Shown here in pieces: positions 1-9,606 of a stretch of 64,000 nt of DNA (positions are counted from its first letter, which is position 1; every line of letters begins with the position of its first letter). Origin of the DNA: Alphaproteobacteria bacterium (GTDB taxonomy: Bacteria > Pseudomonadota > Alphaproteobacteria > JANQMY01); the NCBI GenBank assembly GCA_965227095.1, contig CBDDFL010000002.1:1235025-1299024 (forward strand), in the 5' to 3' direction. The notes beneath the pieces are model-generated. The model saw only the letters and a program-made list of their open reading frames with translations, searched no databases and was not told the origin of the DNA. The translations under genes and the position numbers were made by a program.

Positions 1-235
1 AAAGCCGGAGGTCACCGCGCAGGCGGCGCCCGTCATCCCTGTTCTCAATCCGCTTCGGGTTGCCGCTGCACGCGACAGACAGCCCGCCCGTCCGGCAAGC
101 CTCGGTTTTAGTAAGCTGCCGGTGACCTACCGTTCCGTTGAAATGGCAACGCTCCATGAATGGTCGCTGGCTCACGGGGATGGTCCGCACGCCCTGGCGG
201 AAGAAGCGGTCGGCGCTGTCGATACAAATCAGTAG
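1..235 (+). CDS. 3' end of a CDS entering from upstream of the window (hypothetical protein, C-terminal ~78 aa)
   Basis: Frame 2 is open from the window edge to TAG at 233-235. A strong hairpin with flanking A/T runs follows. No recognisable motif. Confidence 0.3.
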   Translation, partial: KPEVTAQAAPVIPVLNPLRVAAARDRQPARPASLGFSKLPVTYRSVEMATLHEWSLAHGDGPHALAEEAVGAVDTNQ

Positions 236-254
236 AAGGCGCGCGAACCTGTAA

Positions 255-297
255 AAAACACAAAAGGCCAGATCGTTCCCGACCTGGCCTTTCGTTG
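255..297. terminator. Bidirectional rho-independent terminator
   Basis: Stem AGGCCAG (265-271) pairs with CTGGCCT (284-290). It is flanked by an A-run (252-264) and a T-rich run (291-300). On the minus strand it is followed by TTTTGTGTTTTTTAC, just downstream of the BTLCP stop at 331. Confidence 0.7.
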
Positions 298-330
298 TAT
301 TCGAAATGGGGCGTTCCGAAACGTCCCGTC

Positions 331-972
331 TTAGTAGTTGTTCAAAGCCACCGTCGTGGTTTGAGGCTCAACGCCAATCTTGTTCCAAACCATGGGGTTT
401 TCCGCTGATTGGCGGGCCACCCACCGGTAGGCGGTCTTGTCCCAGGCGTGGATACGGTTGGTGACATTGTCCAACACATAGTCGCCTTGCTCCGTCACCA
501 CGATGAGCACCGCATGAAGGTTGCCTTTGGGATTGCGCGCCGTGGCCATGCGCAATGATTTTTCAGGCCATCCAGCGGCGATCAATTTCCGCCGTTTCTC
601 CAGCGCATAATCTTCGCAATCACCTGCGCCTTTCGGATATTGCCAAACTTCCACTTGGTTGTGTTGCGCCCGATCTGTCACGGGACGGATCCGCACATTT
701 GTTGCTGTGTTAATAGAGTTAAGTTCGATCCAGCGGTTTTCCGTCAGCCGGACGGAGCCGCGGCTGGAGCTGCTGTCGACACAATCATTGGCGTGCCGTT
801 CGCAGAAATCGATGTAACCGCGCGGAGCTTTCGCTTGATCGCCCAATGTCATGGAGGATCCGCCCGGTGGTTGATAGCTACATGCCATCAAAAATGTCCC
901 GACGGCCAACGCCGCCGCGGTTTTCATGAAACGTGATGTGGAAGAAATCCACCGTCCTGTAAGTGTATTCAT
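331..972 (-). CDS. Transglutaminase-like cysteine peptidase (BTLCP family) lipoprotein
   Basis: Signal peptide with lipobox (FLMACS). Cys motif GDCEDYAL and downstream His/Asp are typical of bacterial transglutaminase-like cysteine proteinases. Confidence 0.75.
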   Translation of the reverse strand: MNTLTGRWISSTSRFMKTAAALAVGTFLMACSYQPPGGSSMTLGDQAKAPRGYIDFCERHANDCVDSSSSRGSVRLTENRWIELNSINTATNVRIRPVTDRAQHNQVEVWQYPKGAGDCEDYALEKRRKLIAAGWPEKSLRMATARNPKGNLHAVLIVVTEQGDYVLDNVTNRIHAWDKTAYRWVARQSAENPMVWNKIGVEPQTTTVALNNY

Positions 973-1140
973 CAGAAAAACCCCAAGTCTTTCGCCTGCA
1001 CTGACTGGAGTTTTTCAGGAAATAGTTCAGATCAAATAAAAAATGACAGTTATTATTTATGAATACTGTATTAGAAAGCGATTTATATTTGTTTTTTATT
1101 TAATTCAGCTTTTTATAAAATTCGATATTTGTGGCAACGG

Positions 1141-1650
1141 TCACGGAATCCGCCGCATAAACACCCGCACTGTCCCATCGAGGCCTCCGTCGATTTCGTC
1201 TGCCCGGACGGCCGCATGGTTGGGGCCGAGCGTGCCCATCTCTACAATCTCAAAGCCCATTTTCGCGTAGTAGGGGGCGTTCCAGGGGACGTCGCGAAAA
1301 GTGGACAGGGTCACCAACGGGTACCCCCGCTGTTTTGCCCAATCACACAAAGTGTCGATCAATCGGCGTCCAATTTTCTGGCCGGCGAAATCCGGGTCAA
1401 CAGATACTTCGTGAATATAGGTACAGCCATCGAGTATTTTGGCAGCAATGAAACCGGCGGGGCGATCCGCGTTATCACACGCGACCCACAGCAATCCGTC
1501 TTCCTGAATGGCCAAATATTCCGCAGCGGAAGTGGGCTCCCCGGCGGCGATATCTTCCATGCCCACGTCGCTAAACTTGGCACCGGCGCGGCGCTCTAAT
1601 TCCGGTGCCTGCACCGCGTCTTCCGGTGTGGCCAATCGGATTCTCATCAT
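1141..1650 (-). CDS. GNAT family N-acetyltransferase
   Basis: GNAT acetyl-CoA binding core (HEVSVDPDFAGQKIGRRLI). The ATG at 1650 has a GGAGAA SD 6 nt upstream; the ORF-track start at 1680 lacks an SD. Confidence 0.8.
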   Translation of the reverse strand: MMRIRLATPEDAVQAPELERRAGAKFSDVGMEDIAAGEPTSAAEYLAIQEDGLLWVACDNADRPAGFIAAKILDGCTYIHEVSVDPDFAGQKIGRRLIDTLCDWAKQRGYPLVTLSTFRDVPWNAPYYAKMGFEIVEMGTLGPNHAAVRADEIDGGLDGTVRVFMRRIP

Positions 1651-1769
1651 CAGATTCTCCAAAAATCCATGGCGCGACATTTTTCCGATTTCTAGTGCTT
1701 GTCAAATGCTTCCGTGCAAACCATTCTCTGGAAAACGCAAAAAATAACCCACAAAAGTTGAGGATCCAC

Positions 1770-3416
1770 GTGCAGACTTACGACTACATCATTGTTGGCG
1801 CCGGCAGCGCCGGATGTGTTTTGGCCAACCGTCTTTCCGCAGATCCGTCGGTTCGCGTCTTGCTTCTCGAAGCAGGGGGAAAAGACAGCAGCATTCTCTA
1901 TCGCATGCCCGCAGGGGTCGGCTCGCTGATCACCGGCGGCAAGGGAAATTGGTGTTACGAAACCGAGGGCCAAGAACACCTCAATTACCGTCGTTTGTTC
2001 TGGCCACGGGGCAAAGTCCTTGGTGGATCTTCTTCGATCAACGGCATGATCTATATCCGCGGCCACGCGCGTGATTATGATCATTGGCGCCAGCTCGGTC
2101 TTGAAGGATGGGGCTTTTCGGATGTGCTGCCCTATTTCAAAAGGTCGGAAGATTTAGAGTTTGGCGGCGACAATTTTCACGGCGAAGGCGGCCCCTTAAA
2201 AGTTTCGTCGGGCAAGTCCACAAACCCATTGTTCCGCACATTTGTTGAAGCAGGCCGGCAGGCAGGTCATCCGTTTACGGACGACTTTAACGGCTATCAA
2301 CAAGAAGGCATGGGCTTCTATCAGCTCACCATCCGTGACGGAAAACGTCAAAGCACGGCGGTGGGGTACTTACGTCCCGCCCTCGACCGGGACAATTTGA
2401 CGGTGGAAGTTGACGCTTTGACCTCGCGGGTCGTCTTTGAAGGCAAAAAAGCGGTTGGCGTTGACTTCACCCAAAAGGGTGAGGCCCGCACAGTGCGGGC
2501 TGAACGAGAAGTCATTTTGTGTGGCGGCGCTGTGAATACACCTCAGACGCTATTGCTGTCCGGTGTTGGTGACGCGGAATATCTAAAACGCTTCGATATC
2601 GACGTGGTGGCGGATTTGCCGGGTGTGGGTAAAAATCTGCAAGACCACTTGGACTGCTCGATCAATTACGAATGTACCCAGCCAATTACACTTTACAGCC
2701 AGGCCAATCCGTTCCGGGCGTTGGCAACAGGAATGCAATACGTTTTCTTCGGAAAAGGTCTGGGACAAACAAATGGTCTCGAAGCAGGTGGGTTCTTAAA
2801 AACGCGCCCCGAACTCGAAATGCCGGATATCCAGTTGCATTTCATTGCGGCCAATATGTTTGAACATGGCAAGAAGAAGATGGATCGCCACGGTTTCATG
2901 GCACATATTTGTCAATTGCGGCCTGAGAGCCGCGGCGAAATTGCCCTCAAATCCACTAACCCCAACGATCCGCCGCTTATCCAGCCAAACTATTTGGCCA
3001 CGGAAAACGATCGCGTCACCTTGCGCGAAGGCGTGAAGATGGTGCGGGAGATTTTCGGTCAGGAAGCCTTCGATGCCTATCGAGGTCCTGAGATCCAACC
3101 TGGCGCACATGTCCAAAGTGACGAGAAGCTGGATGAATTCATCCGCCGCAATGCCGAAACGATTTACCATCCGGTTGGTACGGCCAAGATGGGGACGGAC
3201 AAGGATGCCGTGGTCGATGCCGCGTGCAAGGTCCATGGAATAGACGGTTTGCGCGTGGTTGATGCCTCGGTCATGCCCACATTGGTCGGAGGAAATACGA
3301 ATGCGCCAACGATCATGATCGCGGAGAAAGTCTCAGACATGATTCTCGGAAAACCGGCCTTGACGCCCGAAGTGGTCGAAATTGCCGAGGATAAAGTGAG
3401 CGATGCCGCTGCTTAA
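1770..3416 (+). CDS. GMC family oxidoreductase (choline/alcohol dehydrogenase-like, FAD-dependent)
   Basis: N-terminal YDYIIVGAGSAGCVLANRLS FAD fold and GMC signature (GGSSSINGMIY). GTG start at 1770 follows a GAGGA SD; the upstream part of the tracked ORF is not GMC-like. Confidence 0.9.
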   Translation: MQTYDYIIVGAGSAGCVLANRLSADPSVRVLLLEAGGKDSSILYRMPAGVGSLITGGKGNWCYETEGQEHLNYRRLFWPRGKVLGGSSSINGMIYIRGHARDYDHWRQLGLEGWGFSDVLPYFKRSEDLEFGGDNFHGEGGPLKVSSGKSTNPLFRTFVEAGRQAGHPFTDDFNGYQQEGMGFYQLTIRDGKRQSTAVGYLRPALDRDNLTVEVDALTSRVVFEGKKAVGVDFTQKGEARTVRAEREVILCGGAVNTPQTLLLSGVGDAEYLKRFDIDVVADLPGVGKNLQDHLDCSINYECTQPITLYSQANPFRALATGMQYVFFGKGLGQTNGLEAGGFLKTRPELEMPDIQLHFIAANMFEHGKKKMDRHGFMAHICQLRPESRGEIALKSTNPNDPPLIQPNYLATENDRVTLREGVKMVREIFGQEAFDAYRGPEIQPGAHVQSDEKLDEFIRRNAETIYHPVGTAKMGTDKDAVVDAACKVHGIDGLRVVDASVMPTLVGGNTNAPTIMIAEKVSDMILGKPALTPEVVEIAEDKVSDAAA

Positions 3417-3586
3417 CCGTTGCGAAACCACAATATTCCCGAAAATGTGACCAAATCGCCCACAAATCGGACGGTTTCTCGTTCTCCGTGCTTGGAACCG
3501 TCACACATTGTCACTACCTTAACGGAAGTCACGTACCATAGTGCAGTAGTGTATGAAGGCTGCGAAACCTAGTCGGGGACGTCACC

Positions 3587-3910
3587 ATGAAAAAATTCGC
3601 GTCAATCTTTGTGCTCGCCAGTGTGCCGGTGTTTTTGGCCGGAGCCGCAGCCAATGCAAGTGCCGACTATCTCAGCGATACGCTGACTTTCGATCAATGG
3701 TGCTTGGAACGGTATGACGACGAGCGTTGTGCCGAAAAGGACGAACGTGACGTGCGTGAATACGAACGTTCCCTCATGAACCTGGAAGCGATCGAAACAA
3801 AATACAATATCGAGCAGCGCAAAGAGCAAGAATTCCGCGACCGGTATGAAAGCCAGGACGATATTGAGCCTGCGAATCATTTGGACACGCGATCCCCGTT
3901 GCACCGCTAG
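3587..3910 (+). CDS. Small secreted hypothetical protein (signal peptide, highly charged C-terminal half)
   Basis: GGGGA SD. N-terminal hydrophobic signal with an AxA site. No known domain. Confidence 0.45.
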   Translation: MKKFASIFVLASVPVFLAGAAANASADYLSDTLTFDQWCLERYDDERCAEKDERDVREYERSLMNLEAIETKYNIEQRKEQEFRDRYESQDDIEPANHLDTRSPLHR

Positions 3911-3952
3911 GTAGTCTCGCGGTTTGACCTGAGGGCTGCGTGGTGCGCGCGG

Positions 3953-4732
3953 CTAGGAATTGCTTCTAATCAGATAGAGCCGTGGCATCGGATTGGATTT
4001 GATGGGCAGGCTTGGCTCGTCCGCCACACGGTCTACATCGGGGTTGATCAGGTTTACGTTGTTGATCCGTTGGCGGACAAATACTTTTTGCCGCATCAGG
4101 GACTGTCCCTGTGTCACAAACAGGCTTCCCAAAACGCGGCACACGTCGCCCTGTTGATCCATCAGCGGCAGCATAATGACTTCGAACCCCGCTTCGCGCC
4201 GATCAATTGTGTAGCCGATTGTCGACATCAGCCCAACACGGCGGTCATTGATGATGCGTGCCACCATGTTGCGGGCTTTGTCCTCGCAATCGCCTGTGAA
4301 CATAGAGAAAAAGTTCTGATCGCGAAACTCTCGGCCAAAAATCGCGCACATGCCTGTTCCGGCCAGGCGGAAGGTAATGTGTTGGTCATCGTGTTTTTGC
4401 AGAATAAAGATTTGGGGCAAATGTGATCGCAAAGCACATGGGTCAACCGCTTCCCTTGGTGCCGCAGGTTTTCCGTTTCGTATGGCGTTCCAATAGTCGA
4501 ACACAGCCTTTGTGCCTGCATGTTCGATAGTGAAACGGCCGTCTGGTAAACCGTTCAAATCCACAATTCTGCCTTTTGATTGTGCCAATTCGGCACAATC
4601 CCCTCGTGTCAAGACAGATGTTTGTTTCGTTGCGAAACAAATATTCTGTCCGCTGTGATCGTCACGAGAGTGGGAGCAGATTGCGTGCCAACCAAAGCGG
4701 GTAGCTTTGGTTCCAAATTGTTCCAGGTTCAC
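3953..4732 (-). CDS. PAS_5-type (alphaproteobacterial PAS-fold) domain protein
   Basis: The motif AVFDYWNAIRNGKPAAPREAVDPCALRSHLPQIFIL matches the YW..RGGR.MP.R.D.DP...LP.IFLL pattern of the PAS_5 family. GTG start at 4732 overlaps the rhomboid stop by 4 nt. Confidence 0.65.
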   Translation of the reverse strand: MNLEQFGTKATRFGWHAICSHSRDDHSGQNICFATKQTSVLTRGDCAELAQSKGRIVDLNGLPDGRFTIEHAGTKAVFDYWNAIRNGKPAAPREAVDPCALRSHLPQIFILQKHDDQHITFRLAGTGMCAIFGREFRDQNFFSMFTGDCEDKARNMVARIINDRRVGLMSTIGYTIDRREAGFEVIMLPLMDQQGDVCRVLGSLFVTQGQSLMRQKVFVRQRINNVNLINPDVDRVADEPSLPIKSNPMPRLYLIRSNS

Positions 4733-5490
4733 TTGTCGGTCTTAGGTTTGATCAGGCCGCGTCGCATTGCCGAACGCGATAGGGGCCCGGCTGGTACTGC
4801 GTCCACGCCGCTCCATAAATTGACCCCGGGTCGGCGCATGAAAAGGATCAAGAAACATCCAGCGAAGAAACCGGCCACGTGGGCCCACCAGGCGACACCC
4901 GGCGCCGCCGGATCTGTCAAAAACGCGAAGGTCAACTGGAGAACGATCCAGAAACTCAAGATCCAAATGGCGCCCAACCTTACCGGGATAAAAATGAAGG
5001 CGAGGGGGATGACGGCGATGACCTTTGCCCGGGGGTGCAATAGCAGATAGGCGCCAAGTGTTCCTGACACCGCACCGGAGGCGCCAATCATCGGGATCGT
5101 GGAATCCGGGTCCGCAAAGCCTTGGCTGGCGGCGGCGGCCAAGCCGCAAATCAGGTAAAATGCCAGAAATCGAAGATGTCCCATGGCATCTTCCACATTG
5201 TTTCCAAACACCCACAGAAACAGCATGTTGCCGCCCAGGTGAAACAGGTCACCGTGAAGAAACATGGCGGTAAACACCGTAAGCCAGGGGGGGACAATCA
5301 ATTGTTCCGGCGATGCAGAGGCGGGGGCGAACAGCGCGGCAGGCGTGAAGCCCAGCCGGTAGGCCGTAAGGTCGGGGGATCCCCAGCCAATGGTACTTTG
5401 CCAAATATAGGCCAAAATACAGGCTGCAATCAGCCCCACCGTTACATAGGGCTTCAGAAAGGTCGGATTGTCGTCATATAGCGGTATCAT
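4729..5490 (-). CDS. Rhomboid family intramembrane serine protease
   Basis: GASGAVSG (GxSG) catalytic serine motif and downstream His in the last TM helix (LLLHP); 6-7 TM helices. ATG at 5490 preferred over the TTG at 5544. Confidence 0.85.
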   Translation of the reverse strand: MIPLYDDNPTFLKPYVTVGLIAACILAYIWQSTIGWGSPDLTAYRLGFTPAALFAPASASPEQLIVPPWLTVFTAMFLHGDLFHLGGNMLFLWVFGNNVEDAMGHLRFLAFYLICGLAAAASQGFADPDSTIPMIGASGAVSGTLGAYLLLHPRAKVIAVIPLAFIFIPVRLGAIWILSFWIVLQLTFAFLTDPAAPGVAWWAHVAGFFAGCFLILFMRRPGVNLWSGVDAVPAGPLSRSAMRRGLIKPKTDK

Positions 5491-5586
5491 TGGATTTCCC
5501 CCGGCCTCAATATTTAGCACCCCCGAGAAGGGCCATACAAACAAACTGTTGCAGGCTATACTAAGGCAAACAGACCCAAAAGCCTG

Positions 5587-6210
5587 GTGGGCGTATTCGT
5601 GACCAAACTTGAGTTTTTCTTCGATTGTTCAAGCCCTTGGACCTTTCTGGCGTTCTCTCGGGTTCGTCAGTTTGCGTCCTCATCCAAATTGGACGTCGTT
5701 TGGCGTCCGATCTTGGTTGGGGGTGTGTTTAACGCGGTTAATCAAGCGGTGTATGAGAAACGGGCCAATCCAGATAAGCGCCAGCAGGCCTATTATCAAA
5801 AAGACCTGCAAGATTGGGCGACGTATCGAGGCATCAAGATCGGCATGCCGCCGGTCTTTCCGGTGCGTGCTGTTGAGGCCATGCGGGGCGCGATCGTCGC
5901 GTTAGACCAGGGCAAGATTGAGCCCTATGCCGCCTCGGTCTTCGAAGCCTATTGGTCGGACCTTAAAGACATCTCTCAACGAGAGGTTCTCAAAGACATT
6001 TGCATCCGGGTGGGATTAGACGCGGACCAGTTTTTTGAAGACATTGCACAAGACGACGCCAAAGCCCGCCTTAGAGACAATACACAAGAATTGATTGACC
6101 GGGGTGGATTTGGCTCTCCTACATTTTTTATCGATGATACGAATATGTTTTTTGGGAATGACCGCGTTCCCCTGATTGAGAAGGCCCTTGGCCTGTCGGC
6201 AGATGCTTAA
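5587..6210 (+). CDS. 2-hydroxychromene-2-carboxylate isomerase family protein (DsbA-like thioredoxin fold)
   Basis: N-terminal LEFFFDCSSPWT matches the HCCA isomerase/NahD signature (FFFDFSSPY). Length ~200 aa. Confidence 0.8.
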   Translation: MGVFVTKLEFFFDCSSPWTFLAFSRVRQFASSSKLDVVWRPILVGGVFNAVNQAVYEKRANPDKRQQAYYQKDLQDWATYRGIKIGMPPVFPVRAVEAMRGAIVALDQGKIEPYAASVFEAYWSDLKDISQREVLKDICIRVGLDADQFFEDIAQDDAKARLRDNTQELIDRGGFGSPTFFIDDTNMFFGNDRVPLIEKALGLSADA

Positions 6211-6266
6211 ATAAAGCGAGACTTTTTATTGCGCAGGCGGCGCCGCGCGACATTGTAAGAGTAATT

Positions 6267-6974
6267 ATGGTTCATTACCGCAGCGTGCACGAAAAACAGC
6301 CGATGATAAATGCGCCGGGGCCGGTGCTGCTTTTAATCGCCGCAATGGTCGGTGTGCACCTTATTCGATTGGCCCTACCGGGGCCCAGCTTGTCCGGCCT
6401 GGATGGGCAGGTGGTTGCCTATTTTGCCTTTACGCCTGCGCGTTTCTTTGGAGACCAATACGGGGCAACTTATCTGGAAACAGAGTCGCTGGCGGCCTTA
6501 TTGTCCACCTTCATCACCCATACCTTCTTGCACGCGGATCTTACGCATCTGGGGATCAATGCGATTTGGTTGCTGGCGCTTGGGGCACCGGTCGCGCGTT
6601 ATTTGCGGCCTTACCGTTTCTTTACGTTTTATTTCGTGTGCGGAATATTTGGAGCGCTTGCGCATTTGGCCTTTTATCCGAATGAAACCGTCCCTATGGT
6701 CGGTGCCTCTGGTGCCATTTCCGGGTTGATGGGGGGCGCTATCCGTTTCATCTTCCGGCCGCAAGTGGGGTATGACGGTGGAGAGCTTGGGCGGCTCAGC
6801 GATCCTCGGCTGATCGCATTTGTGGGGGTTTGGTTTGCGATCAACATTATCGTTGGGTTGTGGGGAATTGACCCGTCGGCGGAACAACGCAGCATTGCGG
6901 TTCAAGCACATCTTGGCGGGTTTATCGCAGGCCTGTTTTTGCTGCCCTATTTCGCGGCGCGCCAGAATAGGTGA
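6267..6974 (+). CDS. Rhomboid family intramembrane serine protease (second paralogue)
   Basis: MVGASGAISG (GxSG) and a C-terminal His in a TM helix; multi-TM. Start may alternatively be the ATG at 6303. Confidence 0.8.
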   Translation: MVHYRSVHEKQPMINAPGPVLLLIAAMVGVHLIRLALPGPSLSGLDGQVVAYFAFTPARFFGDQYGATYLETESLAALLSTFITHTFLHADLTHLGINAIWLLALGAPVARYLRPYRFFTFYFVCGIFGALAHLAFYPNETVPMVGASGAISGLMGGAIRFIFRPQVGYDGGELGRLSDPRLIAFVGVWFAINIIVGLWGIDPSAEQRSIAVQAHLGGFIAGLFLLPYFAARQNR

Positions 6975-6980
6975 GCAGGT

Positions 6981-7571
6981 TTAAAGCAGGCCTTCTTCAT
7001 AAAATACCTGTCCGTCGATCATCAGTTTCTTAATGGCGGCTGTGCCGTCGTCTCGAACCGCCAAGATTACCGACATGCGGTCGGCATTACGCGCTTTTTC
7101 TAAGTCTCGCCCCTCTCCCTCAGGAACAAAATAGCTCTCTACTCCATAGGAGATGCTAAGGTCTGTCCCCGTTAACGGTTCCTCATCGGTGTTATCGGTG
7201 GGCGGCACCAGCGTTGCGGCGGGATAGGCGCGGTCCACTTTGCCGGCGATAACGATGGTCGAGTTGGTGCTGGGTTTGTCATGAAAGATGGCAACCGGCT
7301 GCCAAGTACCGCCAACCAAGATCAGTTCCACAAAAATTTTGTCGCCACGGGAAAAGTCGTCATCGCCTTCCAAAGCAGAGGTGTTGAGATTGCTTATTGC
7401 GTAGGTGAGGATCACATAATCGCCGCGGAACAAAGAACGCGGATCCACCGGTTCGACTTTCAGCTCAACCTCCCGACCGTCCGAGAGAAGGGAGATCCGG
7501 TCCCAGATCATGTACCCAAGCAGCGCGAGTTGGAGGGCGAGCGCCAGCCCGATATTTACCCACATGCGCAT
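6981..7571 (-). CDS. GDYXXLXY domain-containing protein
   Basis: N-terminal TM anchor followed by FRGDYVILTY, the family-defining motif. Start overlaps the upstream gene stop (7571/7572). Confidence 0.75.
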   Translation of the reverse strand: MRMWVNIGLALALQLALLGYMIWDRISLLSDGREVELKVEPVDPRSLFRGDYVILTYAISNLNTSALEGDDDFSRGDKIFVELILVGGTWQPVAIFHDKPSTNSTIVIAGKVDRAYPAATLVPPTDNTDEEPLTGTDLSISYGVESYFVPEGEGRDLEKARNADRMSVILAVRDDGTAAIKKLMIDGQVFYEEGLL

Positions 7572-8849
7572 CTAGTCACCCTGTGTGTCATTGGCCAACA
7601 ATTGGCGCCGAACGCGCTCCAGCACCACGGCACTTGCGATTAAGATGATGCCGCCAATGGCGAAAAAGATAGCCTGATTAAGCAGTGTGCTGAATGTGGA
7701 GAAGTATAGCCACAACACTTCCGCGCCAAATGCGGTGAATGCAAGATTCACAATGAAGGCGTCGTCTTTTTCCAGTCCAAAATCGACGGCCCACACGGCC
7801 AGACCGATATAGAGAGCGGCATAGACATATCGGGAGAGTGCGCCCGTCGAGTCGACAATATATGGTGCGGCTATCGCGGATATCACGACCAACATCAAAA
7901 TGCCGGCGTCTAGAAGCCGAATGTTGTCGGACACCAGCGCCAGGACGATCGCCACCGCACAAACACTTGCGAGCACGCCGGCCACAAGCAGCCAAGCGGT
8001 TTCGCTTTCGGAAGCGCCGCCTGACAGCTGTAGCAAAAAGTAGCTGAAAAAGATCGCGAAGAAACCGTAGCGTTGGCCGGCCGTTTGAAAGAAGAACGTC
8101 TCTTTTATCATTGTTGCCGATAACAGAGCTGTCGCGGCCAGAACATAGAGAGTGAAGAGATGAGTTTCGTCCCAATCTTTGTTGGCCACGAAAAATGCGA
8201 GGTTTATCGCCAGCCAGATAAGGAAAGACAACGTCAACAGGTGGAGGCTTGGCCGCCATTTCCACACCCATCCAACAGCGCACATTAGGGCGAAGGGGAT
8301 TAAATAAAGCAGATGGGGTGATTCTGCCTCGAGTGTTTCGCCAAAGGTCCAAAGACCGAACAATAGTATTGTGAGCGCCAATGCCGGTTTGGATGGGATG
8401 ATCAAAGCGGCGGCGGACACGCCAACCGCCCAGAGCAAAATGCCGTTCGGCCAGTGGGCACTCATGTGATAGGTCTGACCGAGCAGCATGATGTTTGCCC
8501 CAAACAGCGCGCACCCAAGCAGCACGGCGGCTTGCGCATAATTAGAGCGTGCACGAACGAACAGCCATCCTGCGGCGCCATAGGCGGCCACCATGGTGGT
8601 CCCGAGAATGAGCAAGCGCTCCAATTTACCCAATCCCTGCCAGTTCGCCGCCACGTAGGTCATACCGGCGAAGGCAAGGAGAACCGCGCCCAACATGGTC
8701 AGAATGGCGGGGACGGAGGGGCGCGTCGGCGCCCCCTGGGCCGCCAGTTGCAGCATCTGATCCGCTTGATGGGGCGTTATAACATTTTGCGCGATCCAAA
8801 ACTCGATATCGCGCTTTAATTGGCGTATATACGCGCCGCGGCGCATCAC
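7572..8849 (-). CDS. DUF2157-like polytopic membrane protein (possibly with DUF4401-like C-terminal TM region)
   Basis: Amphipathic N-terminus (IRQLKRDIEFWIAQNVITPHQADQML) then ~10 predicted TM helices. Conserved partner of GDYXXLXY proteins. Confidence 0.65.
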   Translation of the reverse strand: MMRRGAYIRQLKRDIEFWIAQNVITPHQADQMLQLAAQGAPTRPSVPAILTMLGAVLLAFAGMTYVAANWQGLGKLERLLILGTTMVAAYGAAGWLFVRARSNYAQAAVLLGCALFGANIMLLGQTYHMSAHWPNGILLWAVGVSAAALIIPSKPALALTILLFGLWTFGETLEAESPHLLYLIPFALMCAVGWVWKWRPSLHLLTLSFLIWLAINLAFFVANKDWDETHLFTLYVLAATALLSATMIKETFFFQTAGQRYGFFAIFFSYFLLQLSGGASESETAWLLVAGVLASVCAVAIVLALVSDNIRLLDAGILMLVVISAIAAPYIVDSTGALSRYVYAALYIGLAVWAVDFGLEKDDAFIVNLAFTAFGAEVLWLYFSTFSTLLNQAIFFAIGGIILIASAVVLERVRRQLLANDTQGD

Positions 8850-9170
8850 ATCCTCCCCGCTGGTGAAACTTCACCTTATCCTATGTTTTCGCCAAAGTCT
8901 TTGGTGTACGGATGGTAAAATTTGGTGCGGCGCACACTGCCCAAGGTCCAATTGCTGCGCGTGCGTCCTAACCCCCTTGCGCGATGCCTATTGGCGCCCC
9001 ACAATCATGACAAAGTGATGTCCGAAGGGGCGTCCCAAGAGACAAAAGATAAGTCTTTTCGTCCCTTCGATCCATACCGTGGTGTGAGGCGCCTTGGCAT
9101 AAGGTTGGCTGCGGAATCCGAAAGATTGCTGCGATTTTTGATGCAGCCATAGGGATCAGGAGGTACCGAT

Positions 9171-9602
9171 ATGTTGGTAATCAATATTCTGGACGTAAAA
9201 GGCTCTGATGTTTGCACCGTCCAGGCTGGTCAAAAAATCAATGAGACAGCTCTGACGCTCCGACAGCGGAAGATCGGTGCCGTGGTCGTGGTCGGGCCAG
9301 CTCAGGAAGTAATTGGTGTCATTTCGGAACGGGATCTTGTTCGGGCCGTCGCCGATGGCGGGGCGTCGGCGCTTGATCATCCGGTGCGCGATTACATGAC
9401 AACGGAAGTGGCGACTTGCGCCAAGTCAGACCATGTGGATCAGGTCATGGAAAAAATGACGAATGGGCGCTTCCGTCATTTGCCGGTTATAGAAAATGGC
9501 CAACTGTGCGGCATCATTTCCATCGGTGACGTTGTTAAGATTCGCATTGAGGAAACAGAGCGCGAAGCGCGAGAGTTGCGCGAATATATCGCCACCGGAT
9601 AA
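9171..9602 (+). CDS. CBS domain-pair protein
   Basis: Two CBS repeats (GAVVVV...VIGVISERDL and GRFRHLPVIENGQLCGIISIGDV). Strong AGGAGG SD. Confidence 0.85.
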   Translation: MLVINILDVKGSDVCTVQAGQKINETALTLRQRKIGAVVVVGPAQEVIGVISERDLVRAVADGGASALDHPVRDYMTTEVATCAKSDHVDQVMEKMTNGRFRHLPVIENGQLCGIISIGDVVKIRIEETEREARELREYIATG

Positions 9603-9606
9603 GGGA

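Noticed and set aside
7678-8514. 278-aa minus-strand ORF overlapping the DUF2157-like gene in another frame
   Set aside because: Arg-rich nonsense translation. The co-linear frame encodes a coherent multi-TM protein.
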